DNA from: an uncultured Acidobacteriota bacterium
GTDB taxonomy: Bacteria > Acidobacteriota > Vicinamibacteria > Vicinamibacterales > UBA2999
Reading direction: 5' to 3'
DNA: 64,000 bases
NCBI GenBank assembly: GCA_963709325.1
Contig: CAVPVV010000003.1
Span: 192,329-256,328, forward strand
Part shown: positions 54,179 through 63,745 of the stretch, piece after piece
How positions within the stretch are numbered: position 1 is the first letter of the stretch
Layout: each line of letters starts with the position of its first letter
Notes under the pieces: model-generated
What the model was told of the DNA's origin: nothing
Seen by the model: only the letters and a program-made list of their open reading frames with translations
Database searches by the model: none
Translations under genes and position numbers: made by a program

Positions 54179-55581
54179 CTGGTGTTCTGCCCGCCCGGGA
54201 TCGTGATCTCGATCGTCCGGTCGTTGCCGCTGTTCGGGTGCTGGATGTTCACCCAGGCGCGGCGCTTGTTCGTCGGATCGAAGAACAGGCCGGTGAACTC
54301 GGAGCCCTGGGTGCCGTTGCTGGCCCAGCGCGCGATCCCTTCACCGGCATCCAGCAGGTCGCCATCGTTGTTCAGATCGACCGCCAGCCAGATGTCGTCG
54401 TCCTGGCCGCCGTTGCGATCCTCGACGATGTAGATGAAGCCGTCGGCGTCGACGGCCAGGTTGTCGGGACTGTTCAACGCGGTCCCGACCGGCTGACCGG
54501 TCGCCAGGTCGATCGTGTTGCGGTTGGCGAACACTGAAATCCGCTGGGCAGCAAGGTCGAGGACGTAGACCTCGTGGGTGGTGGTGGTGGCTACGAAGAG
54601 GTAGTCGCGCCCGTTCACTGTCTTGATCTGAATGTCTTCGGGCCGCTGGTAGTCAGTGCCCTTGAACGCGGGCCGGTCGGTGGTGTTGCGCGCGTCCACC
54701 GAGGTCACGCCGCGGGTGTCGGTCATCGTCAGCGCGCCGGCCAGCGCCGCGCCGCTGGCGTCGGTGAACGGCACCCAGGTGTAGGCGCCGGTCGCATTCG
54801 GCGCGGTGCCATCGCCAACGCGAAGCACTGAGGTCTGCCCCGCCGCGAAGTAGTCGGCGCCGGCGTAGACGTCGGCCAGCCGCGCGGCGGACGTGAACCG
54901 GTAGATGTTCCCGCCGTTCAGCTCGTCGATGAAGTACATGTTTCCGACCTTGTCGAGCTGGATGCCCTCATGCGACGTCCGCGGAACGGCGTTCTGGTGG
55001 ACGAAGTCGGCGTTCACGTTGCTGCCGGCACCCACCGGGTTGACCAGGCCGGCCGCGTCGAGCGGGTTCTTCAGCTCGAAGAGCCGCCCGTACGGTGACG
55101 TCGAGCCCGCCGCCGCGGTCTCCCACGACTCTTCCGCAGTGATCAACGTCCCCCACGGCGTCCAGTAGCAGGCGTCGAACGACACGTGTCCGCCCGCAGT
55201 CGGCGTGTACCAGACCGTATCGGTCTGCCCCGTCCAGAGGTCCGTGCGCTGAACACCGGACTGGCCGGTCTCGAACACCGTGAACAGATACCGGCCCTGG
55301 TGCGGACCGGTCTCGTTCGTGGCGATCATGTCGAAGCTGCCGGTGTTCGGAATACCCAGCGCGATCTGAGTCGCGCGATCGGCGACCGACCGCTGCTCGA
55401 AGTCCTCGTTGCCGAACCGGATCGGCATCGCTTCAGCAGCGGAGCCAACGGCGATCGGGCCGGCCGAGGCGACCAGCGGGTTGATGTCCGAGAAGCGCGT
55501 ACCGTTCGCATACAGAATCGTGCCCGCCAGGACCGTGCCGCCGATTGCGGCGATGCAGGCGTCGTGCCGTGACAATCTCAT
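54175..55581 (-). CDS. PhoX-like (DUF839) beta-propeller phosphatase
   Basis: ATG 55581 follows an AGGAGG SD. YWTPWGTLITAEE, HEGIQLDKVGNMYFIDE, PDNLAVDADGFIYIVED and SEFTGLFFDPTNKRRAWVNIQHP resemble PhoX-type alkaline phosphatases. Confidence 0.65.
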   Translation of the reverse strand: MRLSRHDACIAAIGGTVLAGTILYANGTRFSDINPLVASAGPIAVGSAAEAMPIRFGNEDFEQRSVADRATQIALGIPNTGSFDMIATNETGPHQGRYLFTVFETGQSGVQRTDLWTGQTDTVWYTPTAGGHVSFDACYWTPWGTLITAEESWETAAAGSTSPYGRLFELKNPLDAAGLVNPVGAGSNVNADFVHQNAVPRTSHEGIQLDKVGNMYFIDELNGGNIYRFTSAARLADVYAGADYFAAGQTSVLRVGDGTAPNATGAYTWVPFTDASGAALAGALTMTDTRGVTSVDARNTTDRPAFKGTDYQRPEDIQIKTVNGRDYLFVATTTTHEVYVLDLAAQRISVFANRNTIDLATGQPVGTALNSPDNLAVDADGFIYIVEDRNGGQDDDIWLAVDLNNDGDLLDAGEGIARWASNGTQGSEFTGLFFDPTNKRRAWVNIQHPNSGNDRTIEITIPGGQNTR

Positions 55582-55727
55582 CGTGCCTCCTGTCGATCCG
55601 GGTCGTCCGGACCGCAGGAGTGTTTGTACCGGGCCGAGATGACACGGCCGGCAACGTCATCTGTCGTTTCCGCGAAATCGACGTGATCGGCCGGTAACCA
55701 GCGGCTCGATCTACTCCGTGGAGGGTG

Positions 55728-57457
55728 CTATCTGCGATACACGACGCGGCCGTCGAAGATCGTGACTGCCGCCTGGACATCGTCGGCGGCCCTGGGAGGT
55801 TCCGCGAAGATATCTCGAGTGAGCACGACGATGTCAGCCAGCTGGCCTGGAGCAAGCCGGCCCTTTCGATCTTCGTCGAACGCAGCGTAGGCGGCACCGG
55901 CCGTGTACCCGTCGATCATCTCATCGAGCGAGAGCCGCTGCGACGCGACGGAGCCGTGGCCGATCCGGTTGAGGCCGATCCAGATTCCGGTCAGCGGGTT
56001 GAGCGACGCTACCGGCCAATCGCTGCCGAATGCCAGCCGGCCCCCCCGCTCCCGGATGTCCTTCCACATCCAGCCCCGCGCCTGGCGCTCCGGCCCGATG
56101 TTGCCCGCCCATTGACCGCGCGGATTCGGGCTGTTCATCAGGCGGGTATGAGGTGGCTGCATCGACGCAATCACTCCAAGCGCGCCAAACCGCGGCACGT
56201 CAGCCAGGTCGATGGTTTCGATGTGCTCGACGCGATGCCGGCGCCCTCGCGCCGGCGGCGGATTTGCCTTCGCGGCCCGCTCGAACGCGTCGAGCGTCAT
56301 CCGGACCCCGCCGTCGCCGATGGCGTGAACAAAGATCTGCCAGCCGCGCGCGTCGAACATGCGGACAATGCGATCGAGCTCGGGCGCCGGATAGTTGGGA
56401 ACACCCCTCGTCGCGGGATTGTTGACATATGGCGCGAGCATCACCGCGGTGTTGGTCTCGATGACGCCGTCCACGAGCAGCTTTACGGCCCCGACCTTGA
56501 ATCGATCGTCGTTCGCGATGCGGCGGCGGATCGCGTCGAACCGATCCGCGTCGGCCTCGGTGAATCCCGGCGACACCGACAGGGAGGAATAGACGCGCAG
56601 CGGCAGCTCGCCGGCCGCACGCGCCTCTTCATACACCGCAAACTCATCATCGTTGCCGCTCGCGTTCTGGATGCTGGTGACACCGATCGCGTGGGCGCGC
56701 TCGATGCCGGCGGCGATCGCGCGGCGCTTCTCGGCCCGTGACGGCTCGGGCATCACCTTGCGGACCAGGCCTTGTGCCGATTCCTTCAAAAGCCCATCCG
56801 GCTCGCGCGTGTTCCCAATCCGGGTGATCGCGCCGTTCGGCGGGTCGGTCGTCGAGCTGTCGATGCCGGCGGCCTGGAGCGCCCTGCTGTTCACCCAGGA
56901 GCTGTGGCCGTCGAAGCAGACGAGCACGGCGGGCCGATCCGGCAGCGCACGATCGAGCTGTGCGCGCGTTGGCAGCCCGTCGGGAAATGCGCCGTAGTTC
57001 CAGCCGCGGCCGCGGATCCAGGGCACACCGGGATTCGCGGCGGCGAAGTCGCGGATCTTCTGCAGCACGTCTTCCAGCGTTCGAGCCCCGCTCAGATCCA
57101 GTTCCTGCAGGCTCTGCGCCCCGCTGACGAAGTGCACGTGGCTGTCGTTGAAGCCGGGCAGCACGGCCGCGCCCCCGGCGTCCACGACGCTCGTGGACGG
57201 TCCTTTCAGCGCCTCGATCGAGGTCCGGGTACCGACCGCGACGATCTGCGACCCGCGGACGGCCACGGCCTCCTGACGCGGGCTCCCGGCTCCGGTGAAG
57301 ACGCGGCCGTTGACGACAACAAGGTCCGCGGGCGCCGGTTGTTGCCCGGCGACCCCGACCGCCATCACTGCCGCGACGCACGCCGCGAACCTCGCGAACC
57401 CCGAGAACCTCGAGAACCCCGAGAACCCCGAGCGAACCTCGAGAACCCCGAGAACAT
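55728..57457 (-). CDS. amidohydrolase-3 (YtcJ-like) metal-dependent hydrolase; N-terminus runs through a 9-nt repeat with a 2-nt frame break
   Basis: The body (ORF 55728-57368) carries VLPGFNDSHVHFVSG, VHAIGDGG and HRVEHIE. An ATG at 57457-57455 overlaps the receptor stop (TGATG) and would give the signal peptide MFSGFSRF..FSGFSGFSRFSGFARFAACVAAVMAVGVAG if the one 11-nt repeat unit were 9 nt. Confidence 0.7.
57384..57457. repeat. tandem 9-nt repeat (CGAGAACCN x8, one unit 11 nt)
   Basis: cgcgaacct cgcgaaccc cgagaacct cgagaaccc cgagaaccc cgagcgaacct cgagaaccc cgagaacat. On the minus strand the units encode F-S/A-G/R triplets. Confidence 0.85.
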
Positions 57458-60240
57458 CAGAACTCGTAACGGACGCCGAGCTGCACCGTGCGCGGCCGGA
57501 CCACCGAGAGCGACTGCTGCCACGGCGTGGTCGCCGTCACCTGCGAGCTGTTGTTCCGGAGCGTCAGCACCGTGTCGGAGTTGAAGATGTTCAGGAAGTC
57601 GACCGAGAACCGCAGCCGCTGGGAGCTGGCGATCCGGATGTCCTTGTCGAGCCGGATCTGGAAGTCGTTCACGGCCGGTAGCGCATACGTGCCCCGAGTA
57701 TCCGCGAGGATGGTCACATCACCCTGTCCGGCGCCCATCCCACGGACGATGATCTGGCGGCCATAGGGCCGGCCGGACTCGAAGGAATAGCGCCCCCCGA
57801 CCTGAATCCCCCACATTGCGGCGTAGGTGGCCGACAGCTTCACGGCGTGTGTCGCATTGGTCGCGGTCGGCCCGAAGGCGTTCAGCGTGTCGTTGGGATC
57901 GCGTCCGTAGCCGGCGGTCGGAGACAGGTTACTGAAATCCTGCTGGGTGCTGCCGGTGACCGAGCCCGATCCGAACGCCTTCGAGTCCTGCCAGGTGTAG
58001 GAAGTCTGGGCCTGGATGTTGTTCGAGAACCTCCGGTTCACCTCGATCACGACCGACTTGAAGGACTGGTCCAGATCGCCTCGGTTCACGACCGTGAAGA
58101 GCTGCGATCCGACGCCGCTCGTGAGGTTCTGCACCGTGATGATCTGGCTGTTCCCTTCGAAGGTGTCGACGATGTCGCGCGGGACGTAGGTGCCGCGGTT
58201 GTCACGCAGCCGCACGAAATCGCCCTCGTTCTTGTAAACGAACGAGACGGCCACACCGGTCCGATCCGCGACCTGCTGCTCGACGCCGACCGAGAACTGA
58301 TCGGTGTACTGGTTGTTGAGTCCGCCGTCTACCCCGAAGTTCAGTTTTGGATCGGTCACGCTGACCGGGATGTCGTACTGCCCCGTTGCCGGATTGATCT
58401 CGCGCACGTAGGTGACGGCGCCGCCCGGGGACGTGCCGGAGAACATCAGCGAGGTCAGCTTCCCGTAGAAGCGGCCGTAGCCCGACTTGAGGACTGTCCG
58501 CCCGGACTTGGTGAGACGATAGGTCAAACCGATCCGCGGCGCCAAGGTATTGAAGGAAATCAGGTCCGGGATGCCCGCGTACGAGACGACTGGCGGCGAG
58601 AAACTGGCGCCCTTGATGCCGTCTAGCGTGGCTTCGGAGGTCATCTCCGGCACATCGCCGCGCACGTTGTCGAAACGGAGGCCGACATTGACGGTCAGCG
58701 CGTCATTCACGGTCCAGGTGTCCTGCCCGTAAAGGCCGAGGGTCCTGATCCGTCCGCCGGTCGCCGACGGCTCGCTGTAGGTGGCGCGGTAGGCCGCGCT
58801 GCTGAGATCGGTGTAGCTGACGCCACCGATGCGGATGCCGACCGTCCGCTGCGTCCCATACGTCGTCTGGATGCCGGTCTTGAGGTCGTGGGTGCCGCCC
58901 AGCCACGAACGGGTGTTGGCCAGCGATGCGTCGAGCGTGGTCCGGTTGTGGAACTGCTTGCTCGCGGTCTGGCCGTTGACCGACGAGATGCCGGTGGATT
59001 GATCGGTGCGGCCCGGGGTCTCGAAGTCGTCCGAGTAGGGCGTGAAGTTGTCGCGGATGTAGATGCCGCCGCCGCGAACTTCGAGCAAGGTGGCGCTCCC
59101 AAACGAATGGGTGTACTGGCTGTAGATCACCGGGTTGTGCCCGTGCTCGACGGTCTGGGTGACGAGCGGCGCGGTTCGCGACGCGGTTGCTGCGCAGCAG
59201 AAGTTGTTGTTGTTGAAGCCGATCGACAGGTTCCCATTCTCGGAAGGCCGCCACGTCGCCTTGACGAACGGCTTGAAGTTGCGGCCGCCCGCCTTCTCGC
59301 TGTTGGGATCGACGCCGACGCCGGTGGTCATCTGCCGCGTCGCGGTCAGCAAGCCGTAGAACCAGATCCGATCGCGCTTGATTGGGCCGCCCAGCTCTCC
59401 GGTCCCCTGCTGGTTGTAATGGATGGTGTAGGGGAACTGCTCGTTCGGCGTGTTGTTGGCGACCCAGTCGCCTGGAATGAAATAGCCGCTGCCCATCCCG
59501 CGGAACTGGTTGCTTCCCGACTTGGTGACGATGTTCACGACACCGCCCTGGAAGCTGTGGAACTCGGCGGAGGCGCCAATCGCCTTGACCTGCACTTCCT
59601 GCATGATGTCGGGGCTCGGGAAGTCCCACACTCCGCCGTTGGACACCGCCGAGATGTCCACGCCGTCGTACTGGAACTGGTTCTGGTCGCTGCTCGACCC
59701 GAAGATGATGAACCGCGAGTCGTTCGGCACCTGGTTGATGCGCACCGACGGCGCGAAGGTGACAACGTCGAAATACGATTGCCGCGCGGTCGGAACGTTC
59801 TGGAGCAGTTCCTGGTTGAAGTTCGTGGAAAAGCCGGCGTTGGCCGCGTCAACCACCGGTGACGAGCCGGTCACGGTGACCGACTCCTGGAGGTTGCCGA
59901 CCTCGAGCGTCGCGTCCACCTGGATGGTGCGTCCCACTTCCACGCGGATGTCCTCGCGCCGGACCGACGTGAACCCCTGCAGCGTGAACACCATCGTGTA
60001 AGTGCCGATCGGCAGATTCGCGAAGGAGTAGAGGCCCTGCGCGTCGGTCACCGCGACCGCGGCGCCGCCAATCCGCGCCGGGCTCGACGCTTCGACCGTG
60101 ACTCCGGCCATCACCAGACCGCTGTTGTCACGGACGAATCCCCGGAGCCCTCCTGTCGATGTCTGGGCCGCACCCGCGAGCGCGGTCCCCAGCACTAGCA
60201 CAACCACCAGCAGTCCCCGACCCGTTGCTCGACCAATCAT
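57457..60240 (-). CDS. TonB-dependent receptor with N-terminal carboxypeptidase-regulatory-like domain
   Basis: GGGAGG SD and ATG 60240. Signal peptide. GFVRDNSGLVMAGVTVEASS...QGLYSFANLPIGTYTMVFTLQGF is followed by a plug and a long barrel, with the terminal QLGVRYEF. Confidence 0.85.
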   Translation of the reverse strand: MIGRATGRGLLVVVLVLGTALAGAAQTSTGGLRGFVRDNSGLVMAGVTVEASSPARIGGAAVAVTDAQGLYSFANLPIGTYTMVFTLQGFTSVRREDIRVEVGRTIQVDATLEVGNLQESVTVTGSSPVVDAANAGFSTNFNQELLQNVPTARQSYFDVVTFAPSVRINQVPNDSRFIIFGSSSDQNQFQYDGVDISAVSNGGVWDFPSPDIMQEVQVKAIGASAEFHSFQGGVVNIVTKSGSNQFRGMGSGYFIPGDWVANNTPNEQFPYTIHYNQQGTGELGGPIKRDRIWFYGLLTATRQMTTGVGVDPNSEKAGGRNFKPFVKATWRPSENGNLSIGFNNNNFCCAATASRTAPLVTQTVEHGHNPVIYSQYTHSFGSATLLEVRGGGIYIRDNFTPYSDDFETPGRTDQSTGISSVNGQTASKQFHNRTTLDASLANTRSWLGGTHDLKTGIQTTYGTQRTVGIRIGGVSYTDLSSAAYRATYSEPSATGGRIRTLGLYGQDTWTVNDALTVNVGLRFDNVRGDVPEMTSEATLDGIKGASFSPPVVSYAGIPDLISFNTLAPRIGLTYRLTKSGRTVLKSGYGRFYGKLTSLMFSGTSPGGAVTYVREINPATGQYDIPVSVTDPKLNFGVDGGLNNQYTDQFSVGVEQQVADRTGVAVSFVYKNEGDFVRLRDNRGTYVPRDIVDTFEGNSQIITVQNLTSGVGSQLFTVVNRGDLDQSFKSVVIEVNRRFSNNIQAQTSYTWQDSKAFGSGSVTGSTQQDFSNLSPTAGYGRDPNDTLNAFGPTATNATHAVKLSATYAAMWGIQVGGRYSFESGRPYGRQIIVRGMGAGQGDVTILADTRGTYALPAVNDFQIRLDKDIRIASSQRLRFSVDFLNIFNSDTVLTLRNNSSQVTATTPWQQSLSVVRPRTVQLGVRYEF

Positions 60241-60257
60241 TGTCGCCTCCCGAGCCC

Positions 60258-60315
60258 GTGCATTTGAACCGTCGCGCTTTGAACCTTAGTGCTTGAACCC
60301 GCGTGCTTTGAACCC
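60258..60315. repeat. four direct repeats, period 14-15 nt (core CTTTGAACC; GGTTCAAAG on the gene strand)
   Basis: gtgcatttgaacc / gcgctttgaacc / agtgcttgaaccc / gcgtgctttgaaccc. They lie in the 82-nt gap between the PQQ dehydrogenase stop (60323) and the receptor start (60240). Confidence 0.75.
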
Positions 60316-60322
60316 GCGTGCG

Positions 60323-62318
60323 TCAGGGCAGCGCGAAGGCCACCCACTCGGGGGCATGCGTGCTGCTGCCAACCGTCACGAGGACGTATTGCTTGCCGCC
60401 GTGCATGTAGGTGATCGGCGCGCCGGTCGTGCCTGCGGGCAGCTCCGTCTCCCAGAGCACCATGCCGGTCTTCTTGTCGTAGGCGCGGAACTTGTTGCCC
60501 CACATGCCGTCGCGGTTCGTGCCCGGGATCGAGTCGCTTCCCTCGCCGATGAAGAGCAGCGACTTCGTGAGCAGCGGCGCCGCGCGACCCGGGACGCCGA
60601 GCGGCGGCAGGTTCAGGTCCTTGACGAGCGGGTGGTGGCGCGGGCCATCCCCGTTCGGCACCATCCACAGCTGCTCGCCGCGGTTCATGTCGATGGCGGT
60701 GATGCGCCCGTACGGCCCCTTGAAGATCGGGAATCCGTCGATCGACAGATCCGGGCCCGGCCATGGTGGCTGCTGTTGCTGCGGCCGCCCCTGGTTGGGC
60801 GGTGTGCCGCGCGCCTGCGTCGCATAAAGCAGCGTCCCTTCGGGATCCTCGACCTTGTAGGCGCGGGAGATGCCCGGGAGGGTATGTGAGACGGCGTAAT
60901 AGACGCCGGTCTCCGGATCGAACGCGCCGGTGTGCCAGTTGCCGGCGCCCCATCCGCCCGGCATGATCAACGCGCCGCGCTTGCCGCCCGCTTCGGTGCT
61001 CGGCACCTGCGGCGGCGTGAACATCGGTCCGAGCACGAAGTCCTTCACTTTCTCCTTCGCTCGGGCCCGTAGTTCGGGCGTGTAGTCGATCAGATCGTCC
61101 TCGGTGAAGCCCTGCCGATCGAACGCCGGCGGCCTGGTCGGGAACGGCTGCGTCTTCGCTGTCGCTTCGCGCGGCACCGTGGACTGCGGCACCGGCCGCT
61201 CCTCGATCGGCCACACCGGCTTGCCGGTTTCGCGGTCGAACACGTAGAGGAACGCGGTCTTGCTCGGCTGCATCACGGCCTTAATCCGTCGCCCATCAAC
61301 CGTGATCTCGCCGAGCGTTGCCGGGCCAACCGTGTCGTAGTCCCACAGATCGTGGTGCACCATCTGGAAGTGCCAGGCCCGCTTGCCGGTCTTGGCGTGG
61401 ATGGCGACGAGCGAGTCCGAGAAGAGGTTGTTGCCGGGACGGTGGCCGCCGTAGACGATGCCGGTCGGTGCGGACAGCGGAACGTAGACGAGATCGAGCT
61501 CTTCGTCGGCGGTCAGGCAACACCACGACGCGAGGTCGCCCGAGTAGGTGTATGAATCCTCACCCCACGTCTCGACGCCGTACTCGCCGGCGTGGGGCAC
61601 GACGTTGAAGATCCACAGGAGCTTCCCGGTGCGGACGTCGAAAGCGCGGATGTTCTCCGGCGTGGCCTCCTTCTTGACGCCGCCGTCACCCGCGCCGGCG
61701 GTGGCGCCCGCCACCACGATCACGTCGTTGACGATGATCGGACCCGCCGTCCAGCTGAAGAGGCCGGCGAGCTCGGCGTCCCAGTGCAGCATGACTCTGC
61801 CCTGATCGCCGAAGGCCTTGTCGTACTCACCGGTCTTCAGATCCAGCGAGTACAGGTACTCGCCGCGGACGAGCAGCAGCCGTTCAGCATCGTCCTTGTG
61901 CCAGTACTCGGCGCCGCGCGGGCTGGGCCGTGAGATCTCTTCGATGGTGTCGCCGAACGGCTTCTGCTCCCACTTCGTCTGGCCGGTGGCCGGATCGAGC
62001 GCGCGGAGGAGGCCCACCGCGTTCGGCGCGTAGAGGACGCCGTGGATCATCAGCGCCGTCGAGCGGAAGTTCCCGGAGATTCTCAGCTCCGGGTAGCGCT
62101 CCTTGAGACTCTGGATCGGCGCCGGGCTGTCGCCATGCCACCTGCAGCTGGCTGACGTTGGCCGGAGTGATCTGATCGAGCGGGAGATAACGTGTGAAGG
62201 CCTTATCACTGCCCCAATAGCGCCACTCGGGCAGGGGTCCGGATTCCGCGTGCATGGCCAATCCGGCCATGAGTCCGCCGAGCAGAACGATTCCGCCACT
62301 GAGCCACAGCCGCCGCAT
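60323..62318 (-). CDS. PQQ-dependent dehydrogenase (quinoprotein, 8-bladed propeller); one apparent frame break near 62133
   Basis: The true N-terminus is in ORF 61884-62318 (MRRLWLSGGIVLLGGLMAGLAMHA...ANVSQLQVAW). The body is in ORF 60323-62452 (GNFRSTALMIHGVLYA, LRALDPATGQTKWE, NLFSDSLVAIHAKTGKRAWHFQMVHHDLWDYD, repeated W-motif blades). Confidence 0.8.
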
Positions 62319-62537
62319 GCCGCCCCCTTCCGGAGCTGTCGCGCCGGAACCGCGCGCACTGAGACGCGCGGCTCGGTCGCGAGGACGTTTCGAGGCGCAT
62401 CTTCGAGAGAGGGCGCCGCGTTGTCAAGCAGTATAGAGGCGATCCCTGCCAAAGGCCGTGCAGTATGCGCGCGACCTATGTGCGTATAACGCCGAATACC
62501 AACCCGCTAATGAGCCGCGCACGGGCGCCGCGGCGGC

Positions 62538-63719
62538 TTATCGCTTCAGTCGAGGGACGAACTTCGTGACGCCCTGAATCGGCCCGACCTCGCCGGCGTA
62601 GACGTCGCCCTGCGCGTCTACCGTGACGCCCTCACCCATCGAACCGTAGCCGCCCATCCCGGACGCCTGCTTCGAGACGTGTTCGGGGACGAAGAACCAC
62701 ACCTCGCCGCTCCTGGCACTCCCGACCCGCAGCCCCTTGCGCCAGCCGGGGTTGTAATTGTCGTCCGATTCCGAGTCGATGGCGTAAAGCGTGTCGTCCG
62801 TGCTGATCGCGAGCCCGCTGATGCGGCTGAACTGGTACCAGGTGTCGAGCAGCTTTCCGTCCTGGTCGAAGATCTGGATGCGCCGGTTGCCGCGATCGGC
62901 GACGAACAGGCGGCCCTTCGAATCGAAGGCCAGCGCGTGTGGCCCGCGGAACTGCGACGGTCCATACCCGTAAGACCCGAACGTCTTGATGAATTTCCCG
63001 TCTTTCGAGAACTTCGAGATTCGGCCGATACCGTCCGGCGGGTTCTGATCCAGGTACTGGGCGTTGTGCGCCTCGCCGACGAAGATGCTACCGTCGGGCG
63101 CAATGACGACGTCGTTGGGCTCGGTGAATGCCTCAGGCGGGTTGCCGGCCTTGCCCGGCGAGCCGAGCTGCAGCAAGACCCTTCCGTCAGGGCTGAACTT
63201 GGTAACGGTGTGTCCCTTACCGGCCGAATCGGGAAACTGCTTGAGCTCGGCATCGGTCGCCGAGCGCGCGTCCACGACCCAGACGTTGCCGTCCTTGTCC
63301 ACGTCCATTCCGTGCGGCCAGAGAATCTGCCCGGCGCCAAAGCTCTTGATCGCCTTCCCGCTCGGGTCGAACTTCACGATCGGGTCCACCTTCGAGCCGG
63401 CGCACGAATTGGCGCCGCACCGATCGCCCGCCCAGATCGACTTGCCGTCCACGTCCACCTGGATGGCGCTCACCGAACCCCATTTGCGCCCGTTCGGCAG
63501 CGTGCCCCAGTTGCGGACAGTCTCGTAGGGATTGGGCAGGTTGTTGATCGGAGTTACCTTCGCCTGCTCGGGCGGCGCCGACGAACCGCGCGGCGGCGCT
63601 TGTGAAGACGGCTGCTGGTCGGCAACCGCCAGCGAACCGGCGGCGGCAAGCGCGGTGAGTGCGATCGGAAGAGACCGGCGAAGGGGCAGCAGCGGGGCGT
63701 GAGCTCTCACGCGCGGCAT
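62538..63719 (-). CDS. secreted NHL-repeat beta-propeller protein
   Basis: ATG 63719 gives MPRVRAHAPLLPLRRSLPIALTALAAAGSLAVA. NHL-type repeats are WPHGMDVDKDGNVWVVD, PNDVVIAPDGSIFVGE, GPHALAFDSKGRLFVADRGNRRIQIFD and GLAISTDDTLYAID. Confidence 0.75.
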   Translation of the reverse strand: MPRVRAHAPLLPLRRSLPIALTALAAAGSLAVADQQPSSQAPPRGSSAPPEQAKVTPINNLPNPYETVRNWGTLPNGRKWGSVSAIQVDVDGKSIWAGDRCGANSCAGSKVDPIVKFDPSGKAIKSFGAGQILWPHGMDVDKDGNVWVVDARSATDAELKQFPDSAGKGHTVTKFSPDGRVLLQLGSPGKAGNPPEAFTEPNDVVIAPDGSIFVGEAHNAQYLDQNPPDGIGRISKFSKDGKFIKTFGSYGYGPSQFRGPHALAFDSKGRLFVADRGNRRIQIFDQDGKLLDTWYQFSRISGLAISTDDTLYAIDSESDDNYNPGWRKGLRVGSARSGEVWFFVPEHVSKQASGMGGYGSMGEGVTVDAQGDVYAGEVGPIQGVTKFVPRLKR

Positions 63720-63745
63720 TGTATTCCGATCCAAGATGGCGCCGA

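Noticed and set aside
41996-60315. The short tandem repeats (7, 9 and 14-15 nt), considered as possible CRISPR arrays.
   Set aside because: The units are far too short, are directly abutting with no spacers, and no cas genes are present.
62514-62534. A 6-bp GC stem (gccgcg / cgcggc) after the NHL gene stop, considered as an intrinsic terminator.
   Set aside because: The stem is short, there is no T-tract, and such GC dyads are common by chance in this composition.
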